Of a stretch of DNA of 64,000 nt, positions 25,433 to 33,096 are shown piece by piece (within the stretch, counting starts at the first letter, position 1; each line of letters starts with the position of its first letter). The DNA lies in IMG/VR virus record IMGVR_UViG_3300035696_001272. The stretch is one strand, 5' to 3'. Made by a program: the position numbers and the translations under genes. The notes below the pieces were generated by a model. The model saw only the letters and a program-made list of their open reading frames with translations. It did not search any database and was not told the origin of the DNA. The DNA comes from a virus (lineage: Duplodnaviria; Heunggongvirae; Uroviricota; Caudoviricetes).

Positions 25433-26152
25433 ATGTCTGATACCGATGGAAAACCAAAACTTCATAAACATCCCGACAGGGATAAGCCTGTGACATATAA
25501 ACCATATGTGCCACAGTATCAAATTGAGGGTGTAGAGCCACAGGTGTATCAGGGCGGTGCAGTGGTACCTGGTGGTGTAATCATCACCAGGGCCAACGAA
25601 CTTCCATCTGATAACCCAAGGGCAAGAAGGACAGTTCGTCAGCCATATGCTGCCGCAACTCCTTCACCCATCGGTCGTGGTCCAGTACCTAATGTAGGAA
25701 ATAATATGGAACATTCATGGTCAAGCGGCGTTGATGGCGAAATTGTAGATGACTTGGATCAACAAGAAGTTGACCCTAATCATCCAATGGTAGATAATAA
25801 TGACTTTGTTACTCAAGAGGCACTTGGATTCAGAAATGGCTTAACTGCCGCTGATATTCAGCCTAAATTTGAGACCTTCCCAGCTGCTGTAATAGAGAAG
25901 GAAGTGCAAGCTATTCGTCAAACTACTAATTCAGAAGATTTAATGCCAATTGTGGCTGATTTAGATTTTGAAGCTTATTTGTTGATTGTAGCTGGGGTAC
26001 CAGTTTGTTCAGGCCCTAAAGAAGAGATCGAAGACCAGGCCAGAGCCCTAGTTTTTGGTGAACATGAAATATGTGATGGAAATCCTGTACCAGTTGATGA
26101 TATAGTTATTCTTAAGAGAGTCAAGGTAAAAGTTGGTCTTTTCTTAGAATAA
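25433..26152 (+). CDS. Hypothetical protein
   Basis: ATG 25433 within ORF 25355..26152. Confidence 0.65.
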   Translation: MSDTDGKPKLHKHPDRDKPVTYKPYVPQYQIEGVEPQVYQGGAVVPGGVIITRANELPSDNPRARRTVRQPYAAATPSPIGRGPVPNVGNNMEHSWSSGVDGEIVDDLDQQEVDPNHPMVDNNDFVTQEALGFRNGLTAADIQPKFETFPAAVIEKEVQAIRQTTNSEDLMPIVADLDFEAYLLIVAGVPVCSGPKEEIEDQARALVFGEHEICDGNPVPVDDIVILKRVKVKVGLFLE

Positions 26153-26160
26153 AGGACACA

Positions 26161-27081
26161 ATGCCACAGGAACCAAGGAAAGCTACTGATATACTTTTAG
26201 AGTTAGAATCCAAGATGAATATGATGTTAGACATCATTCGTACTCAGGATTTGAACATTAAGATATTATCCAATAAGCTAAATGATGCTATGGGCCAGCT
26301 CAGGCAACAAAATGAGCAAAAGAAAATTATTGTCGAAGCGGTAAATACTACGCCAATGCCTAAAGCGCCAGAAATGCCGCCTGGTTTCGTTCAGTTACCG
26401 GCTGGTGATCCTGAGAGAACTATTCCCATTCAGGCCGAATCGACGTTACCTCAGTCTAATGAGCCAAAGGGTTTCCGTCGTACTTCACGACCTGAAAGCT
26501 TTGCTGGTGATGATGCTTACCTAAACCGTTCAGCAAATCCACCAGAAGATGTAAGAATGCCAGTGCAGTTGCCTCCAGGAATGAAGCAACAGCAACTTCA
26601 ACAACAACCTCAACCTCAGCCCCAGCCTCAGCCTCAACAAGTTCCTCCTGGTCGTCAACAAATGGTGCCGCCTCCTGGTCGTTCCCAATCAGAGACTTTT
26701 GCGCCACCTCCACCAACTCCGGAATATGCAAATAGAAAAGGTGCAGTTATGCCTGGCCCCCAACGTCAGCCATCTTCACCTTACAGAGAGTCTCAACCTC
26801 CCCAAGGCGCAGTTCCTATTATGCAACGTATAGTGGATAAGAATGGCAAATCAATTTTCTTGGCGGATGTAGAAGTCACGGACTTATCAACCAGTCAGCC
26901 AGTTTTCAAAACAAGAACAAATGGAACTGGAAAATGGATGGCATCCCTTGGTATAGGAGCTTATCAGGTGAAGATTGGTAAGCGTGCTTCTGGAAACAAG
27001 GAAAAACTAGAAGCCGTACAAGATATTCAAGTGGATGGTTCTCAATCACCTCTCGAATTACCAATGTTGATTATCAAGTAA
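26161..27081 (+). CDS. Coiled-coil/Pro-Gln-rich protein with C-terminal beta-sandwich (carboxypeptidase-regulatory-like)
   Basis: QQQPQPQPQPQPQQ repeat; ADVEV...KTRTNGTGKW...GAYQVKI. Confidence 0.65.
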   Translation: MPQEPRKATDILLELESKMNMMLDIIRTQDLNIKILSNKLNDAMGQLRQQNEQKKIIVEAVNTTPMPKAPEMPPGFVQLPAGDPERTIPIQAESTLPQSNEPKGFRRTSRPESFAGDDAYLNRSANPPEDVRMPVQLPPGMKQQQLQQQPQPQPQPQPQQVPPGRQQMVPPPGRSQSETFAPPPPTPEYANRKGAVMPGPQRQPSSPYRESQPPQGAVPIMQRIVDKNGKSIFLADVEVTDLSTSQPVFKTRTNGTGKWMASLGIGAYQVKIGKRASGNKEKLEAVQDIQVDGSQSPLELPMLIIK

Positions 27082-27093
27082 TTACGGGGTAAT

Positions 27094-27813
27094 ATGAACA
27101 AGAAGTTCCGAGTAATCGTGGCGGACCCTCCCTGGCCGTTCAAAGATTCTTTAAAAATGTCCGACGTCAAGCGTGGGGCTCTGGCTAACTACAGCACCAT
27201 GACAATGCAACAAATTCGGGAGCTGCCCGTCGAAAAAGTTTGCAATCCAGAGGGGGCGGTGTTATGTTTATGGGTGCCTGGATCTTTGCTGCAAGAGGGC
27301 CTTGACACCATGAAAGCTTGGGGCTTCAAGCACAAGCAGACATATGTATGGGTCAAAACTAAGAAGCAACCATTAGACTTCTTCAAGAAAGCTATTCTCA
27401 AAGCACGCAAGCAACCTGAAATTGTTTATGATAAGTTTGCTTATATGAGAATAATCAAATCAATTGCTGAAGCTTGTATTCCAGTTGGTAAAGATTTGCT
27501 CAAGACTTTGGCTTTTGGTATGGGTCGTTTATTCAGGCAGACTCATGAAATTTGTTTGGTTGGCATTTCCAACAATCAAATTTACCATCAGCTCGAAAAT
27601 AAATCACAACGCTCGGTTTGTTTTGGAGAGAATTTAAGTCATTCATCCAAACCCGAAGCATTACAAGACTCTTTGGAAATTATGTTTCCAAAAGCTCGTA
27701 AACTAGAATTGTTCGCCAGGCGCATCCGTCCCGGTTGGACTTGTCTAGGTAACGAGGTATGTAACGGAGAAGATATGCAAGTATCTCTCTCCAAACTAAT
27801 CAACGGAGGTTAA
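27094..27813 (+). CDS. MT-A70 family N6-adenine methyltransferase
   Basis: VIVADPPW, YSTMT...I..LP, LCLWV, WGFK.K..YVWVK, GMG..FR..HE.CL.G, HSSKP, KLELFARR...GW...GNE. Confidence 0.9.
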   Translation: MNKKFRVIVADPPWPFKDSLKMSDVKRGALANYSTMTMQQIRELPVEKVCNPEGAVLCLWVPGSLLQEGLDTMKAWGFKHKQTYVWVKTKKQPLDFFKKAILKARKQPEIVYDKFAYMRIIKSIAEACIPVGKDLLKTLAFGMGRLFRQTHEICLVGISNNQIYHQLENKSQRSVCFGENLSHSSKPEALQDSLEIMFPKARKLELFARRIRPGWTCLGNEVCNGEDMQVSLSKLINGG

Positions 27814-27821
27814 TAGTCAAT

Positions 27822-28331
27822 ATGTCAAAGAAAACGCTATTACTGAATGCCAGTTATGAGGTGCTATCTTTCATTCCCGAAAGAAAAGTCTTCAAATTGC
27901 TTTTCAAGGACAAGGTAGAAGTCATCTCTACTTGGGATGATGTCATTGCCTGGGGTTCCGGAAAGGTTAAGCACCCTTCTATCTTGAGATTGAAGAATCA
28001 CGTAAAAAGAAACTACTTCAACTCAAACTTCAGCCGTAAAGCTTTGGTTAAAAGAGATAGAAGCACTTGTCAGTTTTGCGGTCGGAAGTTAACTGCTTCT
28101 CAAATTACAATCGACCACGTATTGCCTAGAGCACAAGGGGGTATTACCTCTTTCACTAACTGTGTGGTATGTTGCCAGATTTGTAACAACAAAAAGGCCG
28201 ACAGAACGCCTGAACAAGCAGGAATGAAGCTTCTCAGAAAGCCTACACACCCATCCTTTTCTGCACATTATTATGTGGCAGATCCCCAAGAACATTGGCA
28301 TTCGGATTGGGATGACTTTTTGAAGGGCTAA
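27822..28331 (+). CDS. HNH endonuclease
   Basis: LLLNASYE, RDRSTCQFCG, TIDHVLPRAQGG, NCVVCCQICNNKK. Confidence 0.9.
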   Translation: MSKKTLLLNASYEVLSFIPERKVFKLLFKDKVEVISTWDDVIAWGSGKVKHPSILRLKNHVKRNYFNSNFSRKALVKRDRSTCQFCGRKLTASQITIDHVLPRAQGGITSFTNCVVCCQICNNKKADRTPEQAGMKLLRKPTHPSFSAHYYVADPQEHWHSDWDDFLKG

Positions 28332-28338
28332 AATAGGG

Positions 28339-28370
28339 AGGGGATAATAGAAATATTATCCCCTTTCTTC
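28339..28370 (+). terminator. Intrinsic terminator
   Basis: AGGGGATAAT-agaaat-ATTATCCCCT perfect 10-bp stem followed by TTCTTC. Confidence 0.7.
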
Positions 28371-28422
28371 GGTCAATAATAAGGAATACCTGTATAACCA
28401 CTCCTGATATATAGGTAGCACT

Positions 28423-28683
28423 ATGACCCAGAAATCTTGTAACTGCATTGTCTGCGCTAAAGAGTTCAACTTAGAAGAACTTCAGAGTGTAGCTTTGTCT
28501 AAAATCAATGTTACACGTTTCAAAATTTGTCAGGCTTGCCTAGATCAATGTGATCCGGCTGAGGATTACCGTCAGGCTCGTGAAATTATCAATTCTTATC
28601 TTTGGTTCGCTGAGACTAAGGGTCTCTTCAAGGAAGCTTCTGATATTGTAGATGACGTGACTTCTAACAAGAAGCGGTCATAA
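28423..28683 (+). CDS. Small zinc-finger protein
   Basis: CIVC...CQAC. Confidence 0.65.
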   Translation: MTQKSCNCIVCAKEFNLEELQSVALSKINVTRFKICQACLDQCDPAEDYRQAREIINSYLWFAETKGLFKEASDIVDDVTSNKKRS

Positions 28684-28833
28684 TTCAATAACAATTACCC
28701 CAGGAAAGTCTTCTTCTTTCTTTTCCTCTTCCTTTTCAGGTGGTGGAGGTATTAGTTCTATGTACAAAGGCTGTAGTTCTTCCTGCTTTTTCTTTTTCTC
28801 AATCTCGAAAATGAAAGGAAAGAAATTGTCCAT
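28678..28833 (-). CDS. 51-aa charged protein absent from the ORF track
   Basis: GGAG SD, MDNFFPFIFEIEKKKKQEELQPLYIELIPPPPEKEEEKKEEDFPGVIVIEL*, fills the intergenic gap. Confidence 0.65.
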   Translation of the reverse strand: MDNFFPFIFEIEKKKKQEELQPLYIELIPPPPEKEEEKKEEDFPGVIVIEL

Positions 28834-28873
28834 AGCAACTCCCGGTCTGTGTATATGTTAGAATATTAATAAC

Positions 28874-29068
28874 ATGATGTGCGCAAACTGTTCCAAACTA
28901 GCTTATTTGTTTACCAAGAAGAAATGTCTTCGTTGTCAAGGGGAAGTTGCGATTAATATTGCCACAGTTTGCGAGCGTTGCTCGATAAATGACAAAATTT
29001 GCTCGGTCTGTGTAAGAAAGCTCCCAAGTCCACAACCTCCCAAGGGTTGCAATTGTGGTCACAAGTGA
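28874..29068 (+). CDS. Small Cys-rich protein
   Basis: CANC, CLRC, CERC, CSVC, CNC. Confidence 0.55.
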   Translation: MMCANCSKLAYLFTKKKCLRCQGEVAINIATVCERCSINDKICSVCVRKLPSPQPPKGCNCGHK

Positions 29069-29098
29069 TTACAATATTTCGGGGTATATAGATAAAAG

Positions 29099-29629
29099 AT
29101 GATTATTACCAACGATGAAGCTAAGCTTCGAGTATTTTGTGAACCCGTGACCCCAGATGAGGTTGGTGCACTGATAGAAACTCTTGAAAAAGAGTTAGAA
29201 TATGCCAATCGATTAGGCAAAGGTGGAATAGGTTTGGCAGCCCCGCAAATAGGTATTGCCAAGAATATCGCTATTGTACGCTTGCCCAAGATGAACTTCA
29301 ATTTGGTTAATGCTAAATTGGTGCAGGGATACGATCCTGCTATGTTCACAGATGAAGGATGTTTATCATTTCCTGGTCGTTCGGAGAATACCATGCGATT
29401 TCAGGAGGTTTTCATCTCCAACAATCTGGTTGAGCCTCACAGTTTCATCGCCAGGGGTTTCGTAGCAGTAGTTTGTCAACATGAATTAGACCATCTCAAT
29501 TCTACTTTGTTCATGGACAGAAAAGTAGTTAAACCAACTACCGTTGTCAAAACGACTATTAAAGTTGGCCCCAATGAACAATGCCCTTGTGGTTCTGGCA
29601 AAAAGTATAAGAAATGCTGCGGAAAATAA
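29099..29629 (+). CDS. def: Peptide deformylase with C-terminal SEC-C motif
   Basis: [22 protein letters not shown]; [13 protein letters not shown]. Confidence 0.93.
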   Translation: MIITNDEAKLRVFCEPVTPDEVGALIETLEKELEYANRLGKGGIGLAAPQIGIAKNIAIVRLPKMNFNLVNAKLVQGYDPAMFTDEGCLSFPGRSENTMRFQEVFISNNLVEPHSFIARGFVAVVCQHELDHLNSTLFMDRKVVKPTTVVKTTIKVGPNEQCPCGSGKKYKKCCGK

Positions 29630-29662
29630 AATGTTCTGGTATAGATCATACAGGAGAGTATT

Positions 29663-29917
29663 ATGACCGATAAGAAACCAGATCCCAAGAAAGTAGAAAT
29701 AACTACTGAAGTGCTTCTAGCAGATGTTATGTTAAGAATTACTGCTATTGAAAAACTTTTGATTGAAAAGGGTATTTTTACTCAAGAAGAACTTTCGACG
29801 TCCACTGATGAGATTGCCAAGCGAGTTGCTAAGGTAGTTTTAGAAAAAGCACAAGCTTCCAAGAGTGTTGACGAATTTATTAATACTCTTGAGAACTCAG
29901 ATAAGAAGATTAATTGA
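29663..29917 (+). CDS. Hypothetical protein
   Basis: GGAG SD; ORF. Confidence 0.65.
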   Translation: MTDKKPDPKKVEITTEVLLADVMLRITAIEKLLIEKGIFTQEELSTSTDEIAKRVAKVVLEKAQASKSVDEFINTLENSDKKIN

Positions 29918-29918
29918 T

Positions 29919-30227
29919 ATGTTGTTCATTACCCAAGAAGAAGAGATAAATATGGATTTGCCTTTGCAGGCTTTATATTTTTACGCTTCTTGGATGCCCT
30001 ATCATAAGAAGTTTTTAACCATGATAGGTAAAATGGAAGAAAAGCACAAGGATATTTCTTTCTTTGCTATTGATGTAGATCAATTCACTAGTCAATGTAA
30101 GAGGTTTTCAATTAGTTCTGTCCCTACAGTTTTAATTTTGCAGGGCGGTAAAGAGGTCAAAAGAATTAATGGCTTAGTCTTAACCAGCGCATTTAAGCGT
30201 GCTTTTGCTGATATATGTACATCTTGA
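29919..30227 (+). CDS. Thioredoxin-fold protein lacking CxxC
   Basis: YFYASWMPYHKK, FFAIDVD, FSISSVPTVLILQGGKEVKRING. Confidence 0.8.
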   Translation: MLFITQEEEINMDLPLQALYFYASWMPYHKKFLTMIGKMEEKHKDISFFAIDVDQFTSQCKRFSISSVPTVLILQGGKEVKRINGLVLTSAFKRAFADICTS

Positions 30228-30247
30228 ATCCATAAACGGAGTTTAAT

Positions 30248-30667
30248 ATGCCAAAGAAAACATTAAAAGCAAAAAAATCCTCTAAGAAAACCAAGACTAC
30301 AGCTAAGGCACCAAAGAAGACTAAGAAGACCAAGAAGGCTGCTCCAGCAGTAGTAGCTCCTCCAGCGGTAGTTCCAGCTGCACCAGCTGTTCCGGCTGTG
30401 CCAGTCGCTGCGCCAGCTCCTGTTAAGTCAGAAGCAGAAAAGATTTGGTCCGAGATTAAGGATCTTCCAATTGATATGTTTGGATTACCAAACCAATTTG
30501 TTTCCATGCACTGTACATTTGTTACAGTTGAACCAAGTCAATTGTATGTGACCATTCGTTCCAGTGCCACCTTGCCATCTTTGGAAGCAGCCGTTGCACC
30601 ACATTTTGTCGTTGAACTAGCTGACAAGTTTGTGATTGTAAAGCGTGTTCCAAAGTTATTGAAGTAA
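30248..30667 (+). CDS. Protein with Lys-rich histone-H1-like N-terminus and Ala/Pro linker
   Basis: KKTLKAKKSSKKTKTTAKAPKKTKKTKK; PAVVAPPAVVPAAPA. Confidence 0.65.
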   Translation: MPKKTLKAKKSSKKTKTTAKAPKKTKKTKKAAPAVVAPPAVVPAAPAVPAVPVAAPAPVKSEAEKIWSEIKDLPIDMFGLPNQFVSMHCTFVTVEPSQLYVTIRSSATLPSLEAAVAPHFVVELADKFVIVKRVPKLLK

Positions 30668-30679
30668 TTGGGGAGGCTC

Positions 30680-31207
30680 ATGTCAAACGATAAAAAAGAG
30701 AAAAAAGCGTTCGATGAGGAAGAGCCGAAAGAATACAAACCAAGGGTAGGTCTGAAACAACAACCTGGACAAAAGTCCATGTTTGAAGCCAAGCCTCGCC
30801 CTCCAACTCAAGAAGAATTCCGTCAACAGGTCGAATCCGTTGAAGAAGTAAAGTCAGGCTATAAGAAACGAGCAGCTGACTTATTTGTTAAGTTTGATCG
30901 TGCCATGAAGGATAAAACGCTCGCTCAGAATCGTAATATTTTGAATGCTGAAACTGAAAAGGAAATGCTTCAAATGATGATTCAGTTGGCTATTGATATT
31001 AACAATGATCCCAACGAACAAGAGGGCATGGGCTCTTTAACCTGGATCACTTTGTTGTTCAAGCAATGCTTAGCTCAAAGAGATAGAATGAATGAGCTAG
31101 AGTATGTTATCAGTCTTTTACAAAAGAAATTAGATTCTGGGGTTTTGTCTGACTATATAAACAAAGAAATTACTAAGGCGCTTGACAAGAAAAAAGATAG
31201 TGAATAA
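30680..31207 (+). CDS. Hypothetical protein
   Basis: GGGAGG SD before ATG 30680. Confidence 0.7.
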   Translation: MSNDKKEKKAFDEEEPKEYKPRVGLKQQPGQKSMFEAKPRPPTQEEFRQQVESVEEVKSGYKKRAADLFVKFDRAMKDKTLAQNRNILNAETEKEMLQMMIQLAIDINNDPNEQEGMGSLTWITLLFKQCLAQRDRMNELEYVISLLQKKLDSGVLSDYINKEITKALDKKKDSE

Positions 31208-31214
31208 CTTAGCC

Positions 31215-31394
31215 ATGACACCTAAAGAGCTACTTTTATTTCTAATTTCTGAGGAAAAGGAACGCTTTGGAGAATATTCACAATTATGTGCCCATTACCT
31301 GATACCAGTGGACCCGACAGCAACAGCGAGACATCAGGGGAGACTGGAAATTCTGCAACGTCTTTTGCAGGAAAAGATTATTATCAAGAGCTGA
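31215..31394 (+). CDS. Small hypothetical protein overlapping the next gene
   Basis: ATG 31215; 109-nt overlap with 31286..31903. Confidence 0.4.
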   Translation: MTPKELLLFLISEEKERFGEYSQLCAHYLIPVDPTATARHQGRLEILQRLLQEKIIIKS

Positions 31395-31903
31395 TTGGGC
31401 GAGCTAATACTGCTCCACTCGTCAAGATATTCAAGCACTATGGTATCCGTTTAGATGCTTACAATAGAAAAGTAACATGTCCCTTCAAATCTCATAAAGG
31501 TGGCCGCGAAAGCACGCCATCTTTTTATTTTTATCCAGAGACTAACACCTTCTATTGTTTTGGTTGTAAGATAGGCACTCGTCCCTGTGACTTCGTAGCA
31601 GAGATGGATAACTGTACTAGAGTGCAATCTGCACACAAGGTACTGGAACTTTTCGAGTCTGATGTTGACGAGGATAACATTTACGATAAGGCGAGCTTTT
31701 CCGAACGCCTAGAAATAATGTTAGATTTTTCTAACGCTGTCAGAGAATTTCATCAAACATATCCTACCGAACATGCGAGGGTATATGTTGAGGCAGCATG
31801 CAAGAAATACGATGCGTTGAATCTGAAAAAGAAGCTTAATAATGAAGCATTGCGTCGCACCGTAGAGCAGCTAAAGGAATACATTACTCTATACAAACCA
31901 TGA
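31286..31903 (+). CDS. Stand-alone CHC2 zinc-finger (DnaG primase zinc-binding domain) protein
   Basis: CPFKSHKGGRESTPSFYFYPETNTFYCFGC. Confidence 0.85.
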   Translation: MCPLPDTSGPDSNSETSGETGNSATSFAGKDYYQELIGRANTAPLVKIFKHYGIRLDAYNRKVTCPFKSHKGGRESTPSFYFYPETNTFYCFGCKIGTRPCDFVAEMDNCTRVQSAHKVLELFESDVDEDNIYDKASFSERLEIMLDFSNAVREFHQTYPTEHARVYVEAACKKYDALNLKKKLNNEALRRTVEQLKEYITLYKP

Positions 31904-33096
31904 CAACTGCCATTATTCTTGGCGATGTGCATTTGGGTAAGGGAACCAATATCGGCAAAGCTGGTGTAGGTTCTGCACTCAATAGCCGTATCGTCGATCA
32001 ACTTAATCTTTTGGACTGGACGTTAGATCGTGCTGTGGAGCATTATGCAGAGCACATTATCATTACTGGTGATGTGTTTGAGGAGCCCAAGCCACATCCA
32101 GCGCTCATTACGCTTTTCATTTCTTGGCTTAAGAAATGTCAGGTACATGATATCAATGTCCACATCATCGTAGGAAACCACGACATTCTACGTACTGGAT
32201 TTGTCTACACTTCACCGTTAGATATCCTTGGTGCGGTAGATATGGACAAGATTCATGTCTACAAAGACATTGATACCATCATTATAGGAACATCAGCATT
32301 TACATTGGTGCCCTATCGTGATAGAAAATCGTTCAGCGTTGGATCAAATGCTGAAGCCGTTTCCATTGTGCGCGATAGCCTCGTGTATGAGTTGGCCAGT
32401 ATTCCAATCACCTATCGCAAGGTATTGATTGGCCATCTAGCACTAGAAGGCTCGATCCCTATTGGAGACGAGATTGATGATCTAACCAATGAAATATTCT
32501 GCCCTCTGGATATGTTTCAGGGATATGACTACGTTTGGATGGGACACGTCCATAAACCACAAGTCATGCGCAAGAAAGATCCATACATTGCCCATATTGG
32601 CAGCATGGACATATCCAATTTCGGTGAAACAGATCATAAAAAGCATATCGTCATTTTCAATTGTGCAGAGGAAAACGGATGGAGCAAAGAGGATTTGCCC
32701 ACGAGAGCTTTGCAGAAAATTACTGTTAGTGTTCCAAAGGACACCGAAGATACCACGGCCTATGTTATGGAAGAGATAAAGAAGGCTGGCATTCAGGACA
32801 AATCAATTGTTCGCGTGGAGATTGCTTTAACCACTCCAGAATTGAAATCCGTAAACAAATCTACCATTGAAAAATTCTTGACATCTCAAGGCGCATTCAA
32901 TGTCAATGCTATTTCCGAATCCAGGAAAGTTAACCTAATCAAAAAAGATAGTAGCAACACCATCGATACAAAAATGGATGTTTCTGCTGCCATCAAAACT
33001 TATGCGCAGACATATATAGATAGTGACAAGAGGGCGGGCTTTATTGAGCTAGCAATGGATATCTATAATGTCTATAAGACTGAGGGCAAGGAATGA
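31900..33096 (+). CDS. sbcD: SbcD/Mre11-like nuclease
   Basis: GDVHLG, TGDVFE, VGNHD, GHL, MGHVHKPQ. Confidence 0.88.
   Translation: MTTAIILGDVHLGKGTNIGKAGVGSALNSRIVDQLNLLDWTLDRAVEHYAEHIIITGDVFEEPKPHPALITLFISWLKKCQVHDINVHIIVGNHDILRTGFVYTSPLDILGAVDMDKIHVYKDIDTIIIGTSAFTLVPYRDRKSFSVGSNAEAVSIVRDSLVYELASIPITYRKVLIGHLALEGSIPIGDEIDDLTNEIFCPLDMFQGYDYVWMGHVHKPQVMRKKDPYIAHIGSMDISNFGETDHKKHIVIFNCAEENGWSKEDLPTRALQKITVSVPKDTEDTTAYVMEEIKKAGIQDKSIVRVEIALTTPELKSVNKSTIEKFLTSQGAFNVNAISESRKVNLIKKDSSNTIDTKMDVSAAIKTYAQTYIDSDKRAGFIELAMDIYNVYKTEGKE

Noticed and set aside
26584-26640. Tandem repeat / CRISPR-like array
   Set aside because: Codon-level CAR/CCN repeats encoding a Gln-Pro linker; no repeat-spacer periodicity was seen anywhere in the window, and the Cas4-like nuclease has no cas neighbours.
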